Assembly (NCBI GenBank): GCA_008632985.1
Contig: QPGO01000134.1
Span: forward strand, 1 to 64,000
Direction of reading: 5' to 3'
Source of the DNA: Psammoneis japonica
Taxonomy: Eukaryota
DNA: 64,000 bases
The position numbers and the translations under genes were made by a program. Positions 61,568 to 64,000 of this stretch are shown one piece after another; the first letter of the stretch is position 1, and every line of letters begins with the position of its first letter. The notes below the pieces were generated by a model that searched no databases, had not been told where the DNA came from, and saw only the letters and a program-made list of their open reading frames with translations.

Positions 61568-62012
61568 CAAGCGACTTGGTCCTTCAAGAAAACGGTATTT
61601 TTTCCTTCTGGAGAGGTAAACGACCAACTGAAATTCGCAAGAAAGAGTTGATGACTATGTGTGTCTCTCGGGTCCTTGAGAAAGCTAAACAGCAATAGAA
61701 TGCATAGATGGTCGATTGGAAAGGTGTCACAAAATTTGTTTGGACGGCAACGGTGGTCGTGTGGTGACATCGGTTGGTGATTTGCTTGAAGTTTCTCGGC
61801 GGGAGTTTTGCTGACGTGCGTCCGACCCACGTGGTACAAATCTCCTGTAGATTCTACGTCGGTACGAAAGCACAGCAGATTCGACGTACTGTCTGTAAGC
61901 CGCGCGATCCTACGACGTCATAGTCGACCCGTTCGACTGACAGCTGTGGCCGTTTTTGGCGATTTTCTAATTCCACCGCATAAAACATGGCAATGGCGAC
62001 CGGTGGTTCACG

Positions 62013-63335
62013 ATGCTGCCGTTGCCGATACAAGCTTCGTTCTTCCTCCTCGTCCTCCTTTCGTGTCATGCTTACATCCACAAGCCTTGTTCTCGATCGG
62101 TTCGCCCGCAATTTCAATTCCCCGATTGTTATTTGCCGTCGATGAACACCGACCTTTTGCTCGCTGAAGCTTCGTTTGTGATGGCTCATAATTCTGGTAC
62201 AGGCTACATTGTCCGAGGAAAGCCTACTCCATCTGGAGTTTCTTGGCCATCAAGTCAGAACCAAGTCGGATCGGCCTATCAGCAATTGCAAGACGGAGCT
62301 CGCGCATTGGACGTACGGCCCAAGTTGTTGCTCAATGGCACTGTGATTTTGCAGCATGATTTCATTAATATCCCTGCAACTCTAGAACAGTTGGTGATGG
62401 ATGCGATCGAATGGTGCAATGACAATCCCGACGAACTTGTTCTAATCTTAACATCCAATTACATGTATCAAGCATCCAACCTTACCTACACTGACATGGT
62501 CTCAGCCTTGGCAAGCGTCTATGAGAAGCTGGGCGTAACGTATGCTTCCTGCAACGACGTGTCTGAATTGACGGTCGGAGAAACGATGCAACTAGCGTCT
62601 CTATCCAACGGTGGGTATTTGATTGCCATGGGCCAATACGATGGAAACAGCGAAGGCGGGGTCTGTTATAAATCGAATTGGGTGCAGAGCCGGCTTGTGA
62701 GTTGCTACAAGAAGGTTGACGGAAAAATCACTAGCTGCACGTCCGATGAACAACCATGGATTGACTTGCAGCAATACATGTTGGAAAGTACCAATAATGA
62801 ACCAACCGATGATCAAAATACATTGGGTCCTCCGGCTAGCACCGATGAAGTGCCTTTGAACTGTGTACAAGCGATATGGCAGTACACGGTGGAGTCGACA
62901 ACGATTGGTTTGGCAAAGTTTTCGTCACTCATCAAGGACAATACCAAGTCCAAAGTGAATGCCAAAGTGGTTGACATGATTTACGAAAACCGGGACGACT
63001 TTCAGACACCGATTTCGTTACTCATGGTGGACAATGTGGCCGTTAATGGCAATGCTCTCTTGTCCGTTTTGAGAACCACATGTGGGCAATCAACACTTGA
63101 CGAAGACGCTTGCGGCCAATTTGCGCCAAGACCGAGAATGAACTACTTTCATTTTTCATCTCTGTTGAGAGGCATCATGCTTATCATGTCCTTGGGCATA
63201 TTCTTTTCGATCGGGTACTTGCTCCTGAAAAAGGAAGGATACCATCCAAACAGAACAATTATGACCATAATTGACAGACTGAAAGGTCCTAACAGCTCAA
63301 AAGGTGACTACGAGTATGCGGATCCCAACTGGTAA
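62013..63335 (+). CDS. PI-PLC X-domain (PLC-like phosphodiesterase) protein with signal peptide and C-terminal TM helix
   Basis: FVMAHNSGT, NQVGSAYQQLQDGARALDVRP, ILQH, WCNDNPDELVLIL. Confidence 0.85.
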   Translation: MLPLPIQASFFLLVLLSCHAYIHKPCSRSVRPQFQFPDCYLPSMNTDLLLAEASFVMAHNSGTGYIVRGKPTPSGVSWPSSQNQVGSAYQQLQDGARALDVRPKLLLNGTVILQHDFINIPATLEQLVMDAIEWCNDNPDELVLILTSNYMYQASNLTYTDMVSALASVYEKLGVTYASCNDVSELTVGETMQLASLSNGGYLIAMGQYDGNSEGGVCYKSNWVQSRLVSCYKKVDGKITSCTSDEQPWIDLQQYMLESTNNEPTDDQNTLGPPASTDEVPLNCVQAIWQYTVESTTIGLAKFSSLIKDNTKSKVNAKVVDMIYENRDDFQTPISLLMVDNVAVNGNALLSVLRTTCGQSTLDEDACGQFAPRPRMNYFHFSSLLRGIMLIMSLGIFFSIGYLLLKKEGYHPNRTIMTIIDRLKGPNSSKGDYEYADPNW

Positions 63336-63599
63336 CTCTGGAATGACCGTAGCTCTCTTCTGACTTTGGTGGGAAAACACCACTCGCGGATTAAACGGTG
63401 GTAGGCCCTACGCTCGCGGATTACGCGGTTGATGACAAGACTGTCATGAAACTTCTATCCATAACCCCTAACATAACAACCATAACCCTTTGTACCCCGA
63501 AGCGCATATCTCGCGAGGCTTTTTTTTCAAATCCATATAATCCAGCATGAAGAACTTTTGCTGAACCTAACCATACGACGAAAACACGATGCTAGCGGT

Positions 63600-64000
63600 T
63601 CCAAACAGGTTGAATTGTTTCAGAACACATTGTCAGGACAACAAAGGCAACCAGGAGAGCCCCATCATTGTGCATTCCCTGGAGGTCCATGAGGAATTCT
63701 TTGTCTGGCAGCGCACACACGCACACACCCCTTGTCCAGCTCCTCATTCATTGCTGACCCCAATGGAAAAATGGGGCTTTTTGCAGTTGAAATGAAGGCA
63801 GTCTCTAACAATTTTTTGCATGCTTCCTGCACCCATCAACAAGGTCCTGAACATCATGGTTCAAACAAACATGGTTGACAATCCAATGAAGACTCTCCAG
63901 ACCCAAGCCATCAATTTGGCAAACTTCTTCATTCAATTGCTTGGATCCTGCAGTTTGGTGCCTTTGTTCTGTCCAGCAAACTCTTTTCTTCACTTGATCA
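63600..64000. mobile_element. Start of another TpA/CpG-depleted repeat block (runs off the window)
   Basis: Abrupt loss of TpA after ~63600, preceded by short repeats (CTCGCGGATTA x2, CCATAACCC x2). Confidence 0.5.

Noticed and set aside
63465..63490. CCATAACCC repeats as telomere-like sequence
   Set aside because: Only two to three imperfect, non-tandem copies; more likely a TE subterminal motif.

Overview
Eukaryotic nuclear DNA, very probably from a pennate diatom: short GT-AG introns, bipartite plastid presequences, frustulin-like genes and a CoDi-type copia element. Gene-rich tracts alternate with sharply bounded repeat-rich tracts. The gene tracts hold a PLGRKT-like gene, a sulfotransferase-family gene, two DUF4116 paralogues, a methyltransferase, Mpv17/PMP22, serine acetyltransferase, two head-to-head plastid FBPases, cyclin L, Der/EngA, a thioredoxin-like gene, three frustulin-like genes, an acyltransferase and a PI-PLC-like gene. 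The repeat tracts hold a full-length copia LTR retrotransposon (1216-8320) nested in the integrase of an older gypsy element, other decayed elements, a ~195-bp tandem array and a small TIR element. The main signal is that repeat tracts have lost almost all TpA dinucleotides through TA->TG / TA->CA transitions (A->G at TpA on either strand). The two copia LTRs differ at 13 positions, of which 12 are TpA transitions and 1 is a CpG transition, and conserved Tyr residues in TE proteins are systematically Cys or His. This looks like a RIP-analogous, adenine-targeting, region-restricted hypermutation process that I do not recognise as described. A long-read base-calling artefact from a modified base must be excluded, because several host genes also carry 1-nt homopolymer indels typical of long-read assemblies. 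All counts are by eye.
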